Source: Allobaculum fili (GTDB lineage Bacteria; Bacillota_I; Bacilli_A; Erysipelotrichales; Erysipelotrichaceae). Taken from it: a stretch of 32,000 nucleotides of DNA. Numbering within the stretch: position 1 is the stretch's first letter; each line of letters opens with the position of its first letter. A program made the translations under genes and the position numbers. The stretch covers positions 1-32,000 of the forward strand of contig NZ_JAHDSX010000014.1 of NCBI RefSeq assembly GCF_020969955.1. The letters are read 5' to 3'. The notes beneath the pieces were generated by a model. It was given only the letters and a program-made list of their open reading frames with translations. It searched no databases and was not told the origin of the DNA. Shown here piece after piece: positions 25,702 through 32,000 of this stretch.

Positions 25702-26277
25702 ATGAAACAGAAAAAGACCCTGGCCGATGTTGAGCCGATGAGCCCGGAAGAACTCGAAAAAGGACTTTCGAATCTCTCTCCGTTTATTTATGACGCCATC
25801 AAGGATCGACTCGACGAAATTCCTGTGGAAATTCAGGAAGCGCTCGTACAGAAAATTCCGCTGAGCACCGATCTCATGCTGAAATACGGCATCCCGTTTA
25901 ACCGTCACCAGATGCGCATTATCGCGCTGAAGGCGATCTATCAGAATCTGCTCGTCGGAACCGATATCCGCAAGGCGCTCTTTGATCTGCTTCATGGCCA
26001 TAACGCCATTGACGGCTACCTGTATGAGCTTTCCATCGGCACTATGGAACACAAGGACGAATACATCGAACTGCTCTCCTCCAAGCTGCGCAGGGACTGG
26101 ACCTGGAACCGCATGCCGGTTATTGAACAGGCCATCCTTCTGATGAGCACGCAGGAAATTCTGGAAGGAATCGCCCCGAAACCTGCGGTCATCAACGAAG
26201 CGATCACGCTTTGCAAGGAGTACAGCGAGCCCGGTTCTGCCAAAATGGTGAATGCGATTCTTGATTCGCTGAAATGA
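25702..26277 (+). CDS. nusB: Transcription antitermination factor NusB with ~70-aa N-terminal extension
   Basis: The NusB core starts near RHQMRIIALKAIYQNLL and ends at ..SAKMVNAILDSL. ATG 25702 (weak SD AAAGGA) is the first ATG. Internal ATGs at 25876 and 25912 lack an SD. ATGA overlap with xseA. Confidence 0.85.
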   Translation: MKQKKTLADVEPMSPEELEKGLSNLSPFIYDAIKDRLDEIPVEIQEALVQKIPLSTDLMLKYGIPFNRHQMRIIALKAIYQNLLVGTDIRKALFDLLHGHNAIDGYLYELSIGTMEHKDEYIELLSSKLRRDWTWNRMPVIEQAILLMSTQEILEGIAPKPAVINEAITLCKEYSEPGSAKMVNAILDSLK

Positions 26278-27701
26278 AAACTATAAAAGTTTCCCAGCTG
26301 GTCACGCTGGTCAGTCAGTTTCTGACGTCGAAAGTCCATACGGACAGCGTCATGATTTCCGGCGAACTTTCCAACGTTCGCTATGTCAGCGGCCACTGCT
26401 ACTTTGATCTTAAGGATGAAGAAGGACAGCTTTCCTGTACTCTCTGGCGCTCGAATGCGAGCCGGGTAGGATTTACTCTCGAGGACGGAATGGCTGTCCT
26501 TGTTCATGGAACGCTCGATCTTTACGTAAAGCGCGGTCAGCTGAAGTTCAATGTCGACCATGTAGAACTCGGCGGCATCGGCGCGCTCTATCTGCAGCTT
26601 GAAGAGCGCAAGAAACGACTGGCTGCCGAAGGTCTTTTTGATCAGGGCCGCAAAAAGCCAAGACCCGAGGAAATCAATAAAATCGCGATCGTAACGGGCA
26701 AGACGACCGCCGGCCTGCAGGATGCCCTGAAAACCATCCGTCTGCGCTGGCCGATGCTTCAGGCCACCCTGTTTCCCGCACCGGTGCAGGGAAATGACGC
26801 CCCGCCCAAAATTGTTGCGGCGCTCAAAGAAGCCGATGCGGCCGGCATGGATGCCGTTCTGCTCATTCGCGGCGGAGGAAGCTTTGAAGATCTCTTCTGC
26901 TTTAACGACGAGCAGATCGTCCGTACGCTCGCAGCCATGAAAACGTACACCGTCACGGGCATCGGCCATGAAATCGATACGTCGCTGGCCGATCTGGCCG
27001 CCGACCATCGTGCTCTGACGCCAACAGCCGCGGCGCAGTGGGTGACGCCCGATCAGAACGAAGTACGGGCCAGACTGGATGTGCTCACGCGCCAGATGGA
27101 AGAGCGGACACGCCGCCTGCTTCAGGTCAGCCGGCAAAATCTCCTGTATCTGGTCGGCTCTTCGCCCCTGTCCAATGTGCAGGGCTATCTGGAAACGCGA
27201 AGAGCACCCCTCAATGTGCAGATTCAAAAGCTTAACGGTGCCTTTGCGGCCATTCTGTCCAGCGCGCAAAGCCGTCTGGAAAAAGCTTCAGCCTTTTTGC
27301 CGGTCGAAATGGAAAATCTTTTGCGCACGCAGAAAAACCGGCTGTCGAGCACGACGTCCGCGCTCTATTTTGCAGCGCCCGTTCATCGCATTACTCTGAT
27401 GCAAAATGAGATCGGCCAGAACGTGCAGAAAATGGAAAAAGCCATGGACTGGCACTATGAACGCAGCCGCAGTGCGCTTGATAAACTGGACGCGCTTTTG
27501 CAGGCGCTCTCCGTAGAGCGTACGCTTGAACGCGGCTTTTCCATCGTCCGCCAGAACGGACACGTTCTCTCTTCGGCCGATTCGCTCAAAGCCGGCGATT
27601 CGCTTGATATCCGCTTTGCGAGGGGCTCGGCTGTATCCGTGGTTCAGTCGGTTTCACCGGATCTGAAAACGGAAGGCGAAGCGCCGGACACGGATCAGTA
27701 A
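26274..27701 (+). CDS. xseA: Exodeoxyribonuclease VII large subunit
   Basis: OB-fold N-terminus: ISGELSNVRYVSGHCYFDLKDEEGQLSCTLWRS. Also VTGKTTAGLQD, RGGGSFEDL, TGIGHEID. Confidence 0.95.
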   Translation: MKTIKVSQLVTLVSQFLTSKVHTDSVMISGELSNVRYVSGHCYFDLKDEEGQLSCTLWRSNASRVGFTLEDGMAVLVHGTLDLYVKRGQLKFNVDHVELGGIGALYLQLEERKKRLAAEGLFDQGRKKPRPEEINKIAIVTGKTTAGLQDALKTIRLRWPMLQATLFPAPVQGNDAPPKIVAALKEADAAGMDAVLLIRGGGSFEDLFCFNDEQIVRTLAAMKTYTVTGIGHEIDTSLADLAADHRALTPTAAAQWVTPDQNEVRARLDVLTRQMEERTRRLLQVSRQNLLYLVGSSPLSNVQGYLETRRAPLNVQIQKLNGAFAAILSSAQSRLEKASAFLPVEMENLLRTQKNRLSSTTSALYFAAPVHRITLMQNEIGQNVQKMEKAMDWHYERSRSALDKLDALLQALSVERTLERGFSIVRQNGHVLSSADSLKAGDSLDIRFARGSAVSVVQSVSPDLKTEGEAPDTDQ

Positions 27702-27705
27702 AAAA

Positions 27706-27726
27706 CGCCTGGGTTCATCCCAGGCG
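27706..27726 (+). other. GC-rich hairpin just after the xseA stop, no U-tract
   Basis: CGCCTGGG-TTCAT-CCCAGGCG (8-bp stem), preceded by AAAAA and followed by GCAAAGG. Confidence 0.5.
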
Positions 27727-27852
27727 GCAAAGGACATAAAATTTCTGAAAATAGCGTTTAAACCAAACGTCTTTGCACAGTAACCGGAAGATTCGGTTCA
27801 GTCCTCTGGATCGAATCGTTTCGTTTCCCATACAGAAAGGAGCCATACTGCC

Positions 27853-28110
27853 ATGGTTCAAAAAACGACAGCGATCCCGGCACCGCTCGATGCCCAGGGT
27901 CAGCCCATGAGCTTTCAGAAAGCCATGAAGCGCCTGGAAGAAATTGTTAACCAGCTCAACGATCCCAATCTCGATCTGGAAACCGCGCTTGTTCTTTACA
28001 AGGAAGGCCTTCAGATTTCACAGTTCTGCTCGCAGCAGCTCGATCAGTTCCAGATGGAAATGAATCAGCTGAGCGCTCAGGCCAATCGAGGAGACGTCCA
28101 TGAAGCCTGA
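27853..28110 (+). CDS. xseB: Exodeoxyribonuclease VII small subunit
   Basis: SFQKAMKRLEEIVNQLNDPNLDLETALVLYKEGLQISQFC is the XseB signature. SD AAAGGAG lies 11 nt before ATG 27853. An alternative start exists at 27907. Confidence 0.88.
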   Translation: MVQKTTAIPAPLDAQGQPMSFQKAMKRLEEIVNQLNDPNLDLETALVLYKEGLQISQFCSQQLDQFQMEMNQLSAQANRGDVHEA

Positions 28111-28960
28111 ACTGGAAACGTGTAAACAGGTGCTGGAAAAGCGCCTGGACGAAAGCATTGCCGCTTTAGAACCGTCCCGGATTCAGGAAGCCATGGGGTA
28201 CGCCCTACTTGGCGGCGGCAAGCGGCTTCGTCCGCTGCTGCTCTTTGCGGCCCTTGAGGCGTATGGTCTGGATCCCTTAAAAGGTCTGGATATGGCGTGC
28301 GGCATTGAAATGATGCATACATACTCGCTCATTCATGACGACATGCCGGAAATGGACGACGACAGGATGCGCCGCGGCAAACCGTGCACACACATTCTGT
28401 TTGGAACGGATGTCGGCCTTCTGGCAGGCGATGCCCTGCAGACGCTGGCCTTTGAAATGGCCGCAAAGGCGGAAAATCCAAAAGATGCAGCTGCACTCTG
28501 CCGCCTGATGGCGCAGAAAGCCGGCGCCAATGGCATGTGTCTCGGACAGGATCTCGATTTGTGGAGTTCGGCTTCGGATGACGAAAGCCTGGAGCAGCTC
28601 GTGCGCATTGAAACGCTCAAAACCGGCTGTCTCTTTCAGCTGCCGCTCAGTTCAGCCGCTCTTATTGCGGATCATGAAGAAGATCTGGACGCGTGGGATG
28701 AAATCGGCAGGGAACTCGGCATTCTTTTCCAGTTACAGGATGATCTGCTGGAAATGACGAGTACCGAAGAGAAGATGGGCAAGTCCCTTTCGGATACGCG
28801 CAATGACAAAGCGACCGCCCTGACGCAGTACGGAATCGATCAGGCGACGCGCAAAATCGAAGAATGCTACGCGAAAATCGATCGTACGCTGGATGCGCTC
28901 GGTCTGCAGGATCAGACTCTGCGCGAACTTTTTGATGAAATTCGCCATCGTACTCACTGA
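28100..28960 (+). CDS. ispA: (2E,6E)-farnesyl diphosphate synthase / polyprenyl synthetase
   Basis: First Asp-rich motif: LIHDDMPEMDDDRMRRGKP. Second: FQLQDDLLE. Overlaps xseB by 11 nt. Confidence 0.92.
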   Translation: MKPELETCKQVLEKRLDESIAALEPSRIQEAMGYALLGGGKRLRPLLLFAALEAYGLDPLKGLDMACGIEMMHTYSLIHDDMPEMDDDRMRRGKPCTHILFGTDVGLLAGDALQTLAFEMAAKAENPKDAAALCRLMAQKAGANGMCLGQDLDLWSSASDDESLEQLVRIETLKTGCLFQLPLSSAALIADHEEDLDAWDEIGRELGILFQLQDDLLEMTSTEEKMGKSLSDTRNDKATALTQYGIDQATRKIEECYAKIDRTLDALGLQDQTLRELFDEIRHRTH

Positions 28961-29048
28961 TCCGAAATCAGGCTTCGGCCTGAAAAACAAACGAATTCAA
29001 AAAACTCTTAGAATACGCCTTCAGGCGATAAGGGAAAGGAGTGTTGTG

Positions 29049-30911
29049 ATGAATCTGACCGAGCTGAAAACCTGTGACGATCTGCGCAGACTTTCCCTGA
29101 AGGAGATGGAAGTTCTGGCGCGTCAGATCCGGCTGTTTCTGCTGTATTCCGTTTCGGAAACCGGCGGCCATCTCTCCAGCAACCTCGGCGTCGTCGAACT
29201 GACGATCGCCCTCCACTACGTCTTTGATGCGTCGAAAGACAAGCTGATTTTTGATGTCGGCCATCAGTCGTATGCGCATAAAATTCTGACCGGCCGTGCC
29301 GATCAGTTTTCCACGCTGCGCCAGTTTCACGGCCTTTCCGGCTTTCAGAAACGCAGCGAAAGTCCGGCAGACCCGTGGGAAGCCGGCCATTCCTCGACGT
29401 CCATTTCGGCGGGGCTCGGCTTTGCGGCAGCCCGCGATCTGCTTCATCAGGATTACGAAGTCGTCAGCGTAATCGGCGATGGCGCGATCGGATCGGGAAT
29501 GGCGCTCGAAGCGCTCAACGATCTGGGCCGCCAGCGCCGCAAGATGATTATCGTCTTTAACGACAATACGATGTCCATTTCGCCTAACGACAGCGGACTG
29601 GAAAAATCGATTACTCGTCTTAGGACGTCGAAAGTGTACCGGGATACGAAAAAGGATCTCAGTCAGTCGCTTTCCAGCTCTGAAGCCGGACAGGAAATTT
29701 TGCATTTTCTCAAGCGCAGCCGGGACATGGTCCGGCAGGCCGTTGTCGACGCGCCGCTCTTTTCGCAGTTTAATCTCAACTACATCGGACCGGTGGACGG
29801 CCACGATATCGGCGCACTCATTTCCGCGTTTCAGACGGCCAGAGAAAAAGATGAACCGGTCGTGGTGCACGTTATTACGAAAAAGGGAAAAGGCTATCCC
29901 ATGGCCGAAAACGATACGATCGGTCTGTGGCATGGCGTCGGTCCGTTTGATGTGTATACCGGAAAGCCGCTGGCCGCACCGGTTCCCGGCGTTTTAAGCT
30001 GGTCGGAAGCGATCGCGCGCACGCTCATGCGTCTTCTGGCCCTCGATCCCAAGCTGGCCGTCGTTACCCCGGCCATGGCGACTGGAAGCGAACTGCTGCC
30101 CATTGCCCGCCGCTATCCGGATCGCTTTTTCGATACCGGCATTGCGGAAGAACACGCCATGACGATGACGGCGGCAATGGCTGCCGGCGGTCTGCACCCG
30201 TTTCTTTCGATTTACAGTTCCTTTTTGCAGAGAGCGTACGATCAGGTTTTGCACGATACCGCACGCATGCATCTGCCGGTCGTTGTCGGCATAGACCGCG
30301 CCGGTCTGGTCGGCGCGGACGGAGATACGCATCAGGGCATTTACGACATCGCCTTTTTGTCGACCGTTCCTGATATCGTTCTGTGCCAGCCAAAGGATGC
30401 GCTCGAAGCGCAGGATCTCCTCTATTCGGGCTTCCATCAGAATATGCCCTGGTTTATCCGCTATCCGCGTGGAAAAGTACCCTTTACGCCAAAGGAGCAT
30501 CTCGCGCTCATTCCCGCTGGAACGTGGACGGTGTATTCAACGTTTGCGGATCGGCCAGCCGATCAGATCGTGATCGCCTACGGTCCGGACGTCGATCGTA
30601 TTCTCGACCGGGCTCGTCAGGAAAATCTGTCCCTGATGGTTGTTAACGCACGCTTTTTAAAACCGCTCGATGACGATCTGCTCAAAAAGCTCTTTGAATC
30701 CGGCAAGCCGATTACCGTCTATGAAACGGATTCGTACGAAGGCGGACTGGCGATGCAGATTCAGGCCAGAGCCTCTGACTATAAGCGAGATATCGATGTG
30801 CTGACGTTAAAGGATGGCTTTATTGAGCAGGGAAGCGTGGAACAGCTCAAAAAGGAGCAGCACATTTCGCTCGACGATTTAATGGAAAGGCTGAAAGATC
30901 ATGCGTCTTGA
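29049..30911 (+). CDS. dxs: 1-deoxy-D-xylulose-5-phosphate synthase
   Basis: ORF trimmed to ATG 29049 after SD AAGGAG. GGHLSSNLGVVELT, GHQSYAHKILTGR, GHSSTSISAGLG, TPP motif GDGAIGSGMALEALN. Confidence 0.96.
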   Translation: MNLTELKTCDDLRRLSLKEMEVLARQIRLFLLYSVSETGGHLSSNLGVVELTIALHYVFDASKDKLIFDVGHQSYAHKILTGRADQFSTLRQFHGLSGFQKRSESPADPWEAGHSSTSISAGLGFAAARDLLHQDYEVVSVIGDGAIGSGMALEALNDLGRQRRKMIIVFNDNTMSISPNDSGLEKSITRLRTSKVYRDTKKDLSQSLSSSEAGQEILHFLKRSRDMVRQAVVDAPLFSQFNLNYIGPVDGHDIGALISAFQTAREKDEPVVVHVITKKGKGYPMAENDTIGLWHGVGPFDVYTGKPLAAPVPGVLSWSEAIARTLMRLLALDPKLAVVTPAMATGSELLPIARRYPDRFFDTGIAEEHAMTMTAAMAAGGLHPFLSIYSSFLQRAYDQVLHDTARMHLPVVVGIDRAGLVGADGDTHQGIYDIAFLSTVPDIVLCQPKDALEAQDLLYSGFHQNMPWFIRYPRGKVPFTPKEHLALIPAGTWTVYSTFADRPADQIVIAYGPDVDRILDRARQENLSLMVVNARFLKPLDDDLLKKLFESGKPITVYETDSYEGGLAMQIQARASDYKRDIDVLTLKDGFIEQGSVEQLKKEQHISLDDLMERLKDHAS

Positions 30912-31671
30912 TCAGTATCTGGCCAAAGAACTGCAGACGCGCACCCGTGCAGCCGATGCCATCAAGCAGGGCCGCGTCTCGATCGCCGGAAAAACCATTA
31001 CCAAGCCGGCGTATGAACTGAAGGAAGAAGAACAGGATCAGATTGAAATCCGTCCTGTCGAGCACGATTATGTCAGCCGTGCCGGCGGAAAGCTTCAGGC
31101 CGCCTTTGACGCCTTTCACATCGACGTGAAAGATCAGTGTGTTCTCGATATCGGCGCCTCCACCGGAGGTTTTACGCAATGCGTACTTGAACATGGTGCG
31201 CGCAAAGTATACGCTTTAGATGTTGGTCATCTGCAGCTTTCACCCGCGCTCAAAGCGGATTCGCGGGTGGTGGAGATGGAAGGCATGAACGCGCGCAGCA
31301 TTTTAAAAAGCTGGTTTTCGGACAAAATCGACTTTATTTGCATGGATGTCAGCTTTATTTCCGCCCTTTCCATACTCGAACCGCTGTTTTTGCAGATGAT
31401 GCCCGAGCATCTGTGCGTGCTCGTAAAACCGCAGTTTGAATGCACCAAAAACGCACTCAACAAAAAAGGCGTCATTAAAAATCCGAAATACGAAGCGCAG
31501 GCCGTAGAGAAAATTCAGAACGCACTTTTGATGCACTACGCAAAAGTACGCAAAATTCCCTCGCCGGTCGTCGGCCGCAGCGGCAATCAGGAATACCTCC
31601 TGTACGCGTGCCGGCCAAAAGAGATCCACAGCGCGCCTGAACCGACGGATGCTCCGGCAAAACCGGAATAA
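30901..31671 (+). CDS. tlyA: TlyA-family rRNA (cytidine-2'-O)-methyltransferase (B. subtilis YqxC-like)
   Basis: S4-like N-terminus: MRLDQYLAKE..IKQGRVSIAGK. SAM-binding motif: VLDIGASTGGFTQCVLEHGARKVYALDVG. Also GNQEYLLY. Confidence 0.92.
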   Translation: MRLDQYLAKELQTRTRAADAIKQGRVSIAGKTITKPAYELKEEEQDQIEIRPVEHDYVSRAGGKLQAAFDAFHIDVKDQCVLDIGASTGGFTQCVLEHGARKVYALDVGHLQLSPALKADSRVVEMEGMNARSILKSWFSDKIDFICMDVSFISALSILEPLFLQMMPEHLCVLVKPQFECTKNALNKKGVIKNPKYEAQAVEKIQNALLMHYAKVRKIPSPVVGRSGNQEYLLYACRPKEIHSAPEPTDAPAKPE

Positions 31672-31768
31672 CTCAAATAACCAGGATCGCGTCTGGACGT
31701 ATAACGGAAAGAAGCCGAAAAGACGTTACGGCTGGATAGCCTTTTTGCGGATACAACTGAAGACAATA

Positions 31769-31808
31769 CAGTCAGCCGCCTGCCTCTTAGGAAGCAGGCG
31801 GCTGACTG
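31769..31808 (+). other. Perfect 15-bp hairpin downstream of tlyA (terminator-like, no U-tract)
   Basis: CAGTCAGCCGCCTGC (31769-31783) / GCAGGCGGCTGACTG (31794-31808), 10-nt loop. Neither strand has an adjacent T-run. Confidence 0.55.
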
Positions 31809-31821
31809 ACTAACGGAATAT

Positions 31822-31860
31822 GGAAATACGGCCCGTTTTAAAGAAAACGAAAGTATTTCC
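31822..31860 (+). other. Nested hairpin/inverted repeat immediately upstream of the recN RBS
   Basis: Outer GGAAATAC (31822-31829) / GTATTTCC (31853-31860). Inner CGTTTT (31834-31839) / AAAACG (31844-31849). Confidence 0.5.
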
Positions 31861-31893
31861 AAAGAACAAAATCATTTAGAAAGAGGGATCACC

Positions 31894-32000
31894 ATGATTG
31901 AACAGCTGACAGTCCAGGATTACATCCTCTTTGATCAGGCTCAGATCGATTTTGATCAGAACATGTCGGTCATCACCGGCGAAACCGGTGCCGGTAAATC
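31894..32000 (+). CDS. recN: DNA repair protein RecN (5' fragment, runs off the window)
   Basis: SD AGAGGGA. My translation, MIEQLTVQDYILFDQAQIDFDQNMSVITGETGAGK, ends in the RecN Walker A motif. Confidence 0.9.
   Translation, partial: MIEQLTVQDYILFDQAQIDFDQNMSVITGETGAGK

Noticed and set aside
26016-27269. Very long antisense ORFs opposite real genes: 417 aa opposite xseA. Also 28968..29933 opposite dxs, 10511..11221 opposite scpA, 15750..16481 opposite murE, 6395..7105 opposite the esterase, and 21555..22169 opposite yebC.
   Set aside because: - The translations are Arg/Gly/Phe-rich with no recognisable motifs and no SD.
- The sense-strand products are unmistakable conserved proteins.
- Long stop-free antisense frames are expected when sense codon usage avoids TTA/CTA/TCA.
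28970-28990. Hairpin TCAGGC-TTCG-GCCTGA after ispA as a possible terminator.
   Set aside because: - The stem is only 6 bp and is followed by an A-run, not a T-run.
- dxs follows within 60 nt and is most likely co-transcribed.
31862-31878. Possible LexA (Cheo) box upstream of recN: AGAACAAAATCATTT.
   Set aside because: Only the GAAC half-site matches the GAAC-N4-GTTC consensus. The second half reads TCAT.
1-32000. Scanned for CRISPR-like spaced direct repeats, IS/transposase or integrase genes, tRNA/rRNA genes, and toxin-antitoxin or defence-type gene pairs.
   Set aside because: - I could see none by eye.
- All sizeable ORFs are accounted for by the genes listed.
- Intergenic regions show only hairpins and short palindromes. 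A computational repeat and tRNA scan would be needed to be certain.

Overview
The window reads as core chromosome of a Bacillota (Firmicutes)-type bacterium. The taxon is inferred only from gene content and order; I did no GC or similarity computation. I can support 32 protein-coding genes, one of them partial at the right edge. There are no rRNA or tRNA genes, no CRISPR array, and no transposase, integrase or phage genes.

From about 10.4 kb to the end, the window is housekeeping genes in Bacillus-like order:
- scpA-scpB-rluB-rsmE-mtaB-murE
- rpsU
- phoH
- a two-gene AmmeMemoRadiSam-type pair
- spx (minus strand)
- yebC-family gene
- a TtcA-like PP-loop gene (minus strand)
- truB-ribF
- asp23-nusB-xseA-xseB-ispA-dxs-tlyA, then the start of recN

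The last block matches B. subtilis yqhY-nusB-folD-xseA-xseB-ispA-dxs-yqxC-ahrC-recN, except that folD and argR/ahrC are missing.

The first 10 kb is more accessory-like:
- a GH13-like lipoprotein with degenerate catalytic motifs
- a threonine-aldolase-family PLP enzyme
- a two-gene ThrE-type exporter behind a long structured leader
- a compact minus-strand operon: ATP-grasp ligase / PF00756-like esterase / metallophosphoesterase
- a Nudix hydrolase
- an Amidase_3-like protein whose catalytic residues appear substituted

I see no convincing defence island or mobile element. The best candidates for poorly described biology are:
1. the ATP-grasp/esterase/phosphoesterase operon
2. the fused LigB/Memo-like-AMMECR1 gene with its radical SAM partner (a conserved system of unknown function)
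3. a TruB that seems to lack the conserved catalytic-site tyrosine and carries an acidic insertion
4. several intrinsic terminators and structured spacers in unexpected places, for example directly upstream of nusB

All family assignments come from motifs read by eye in the supplied translations. None has been checked against a database.
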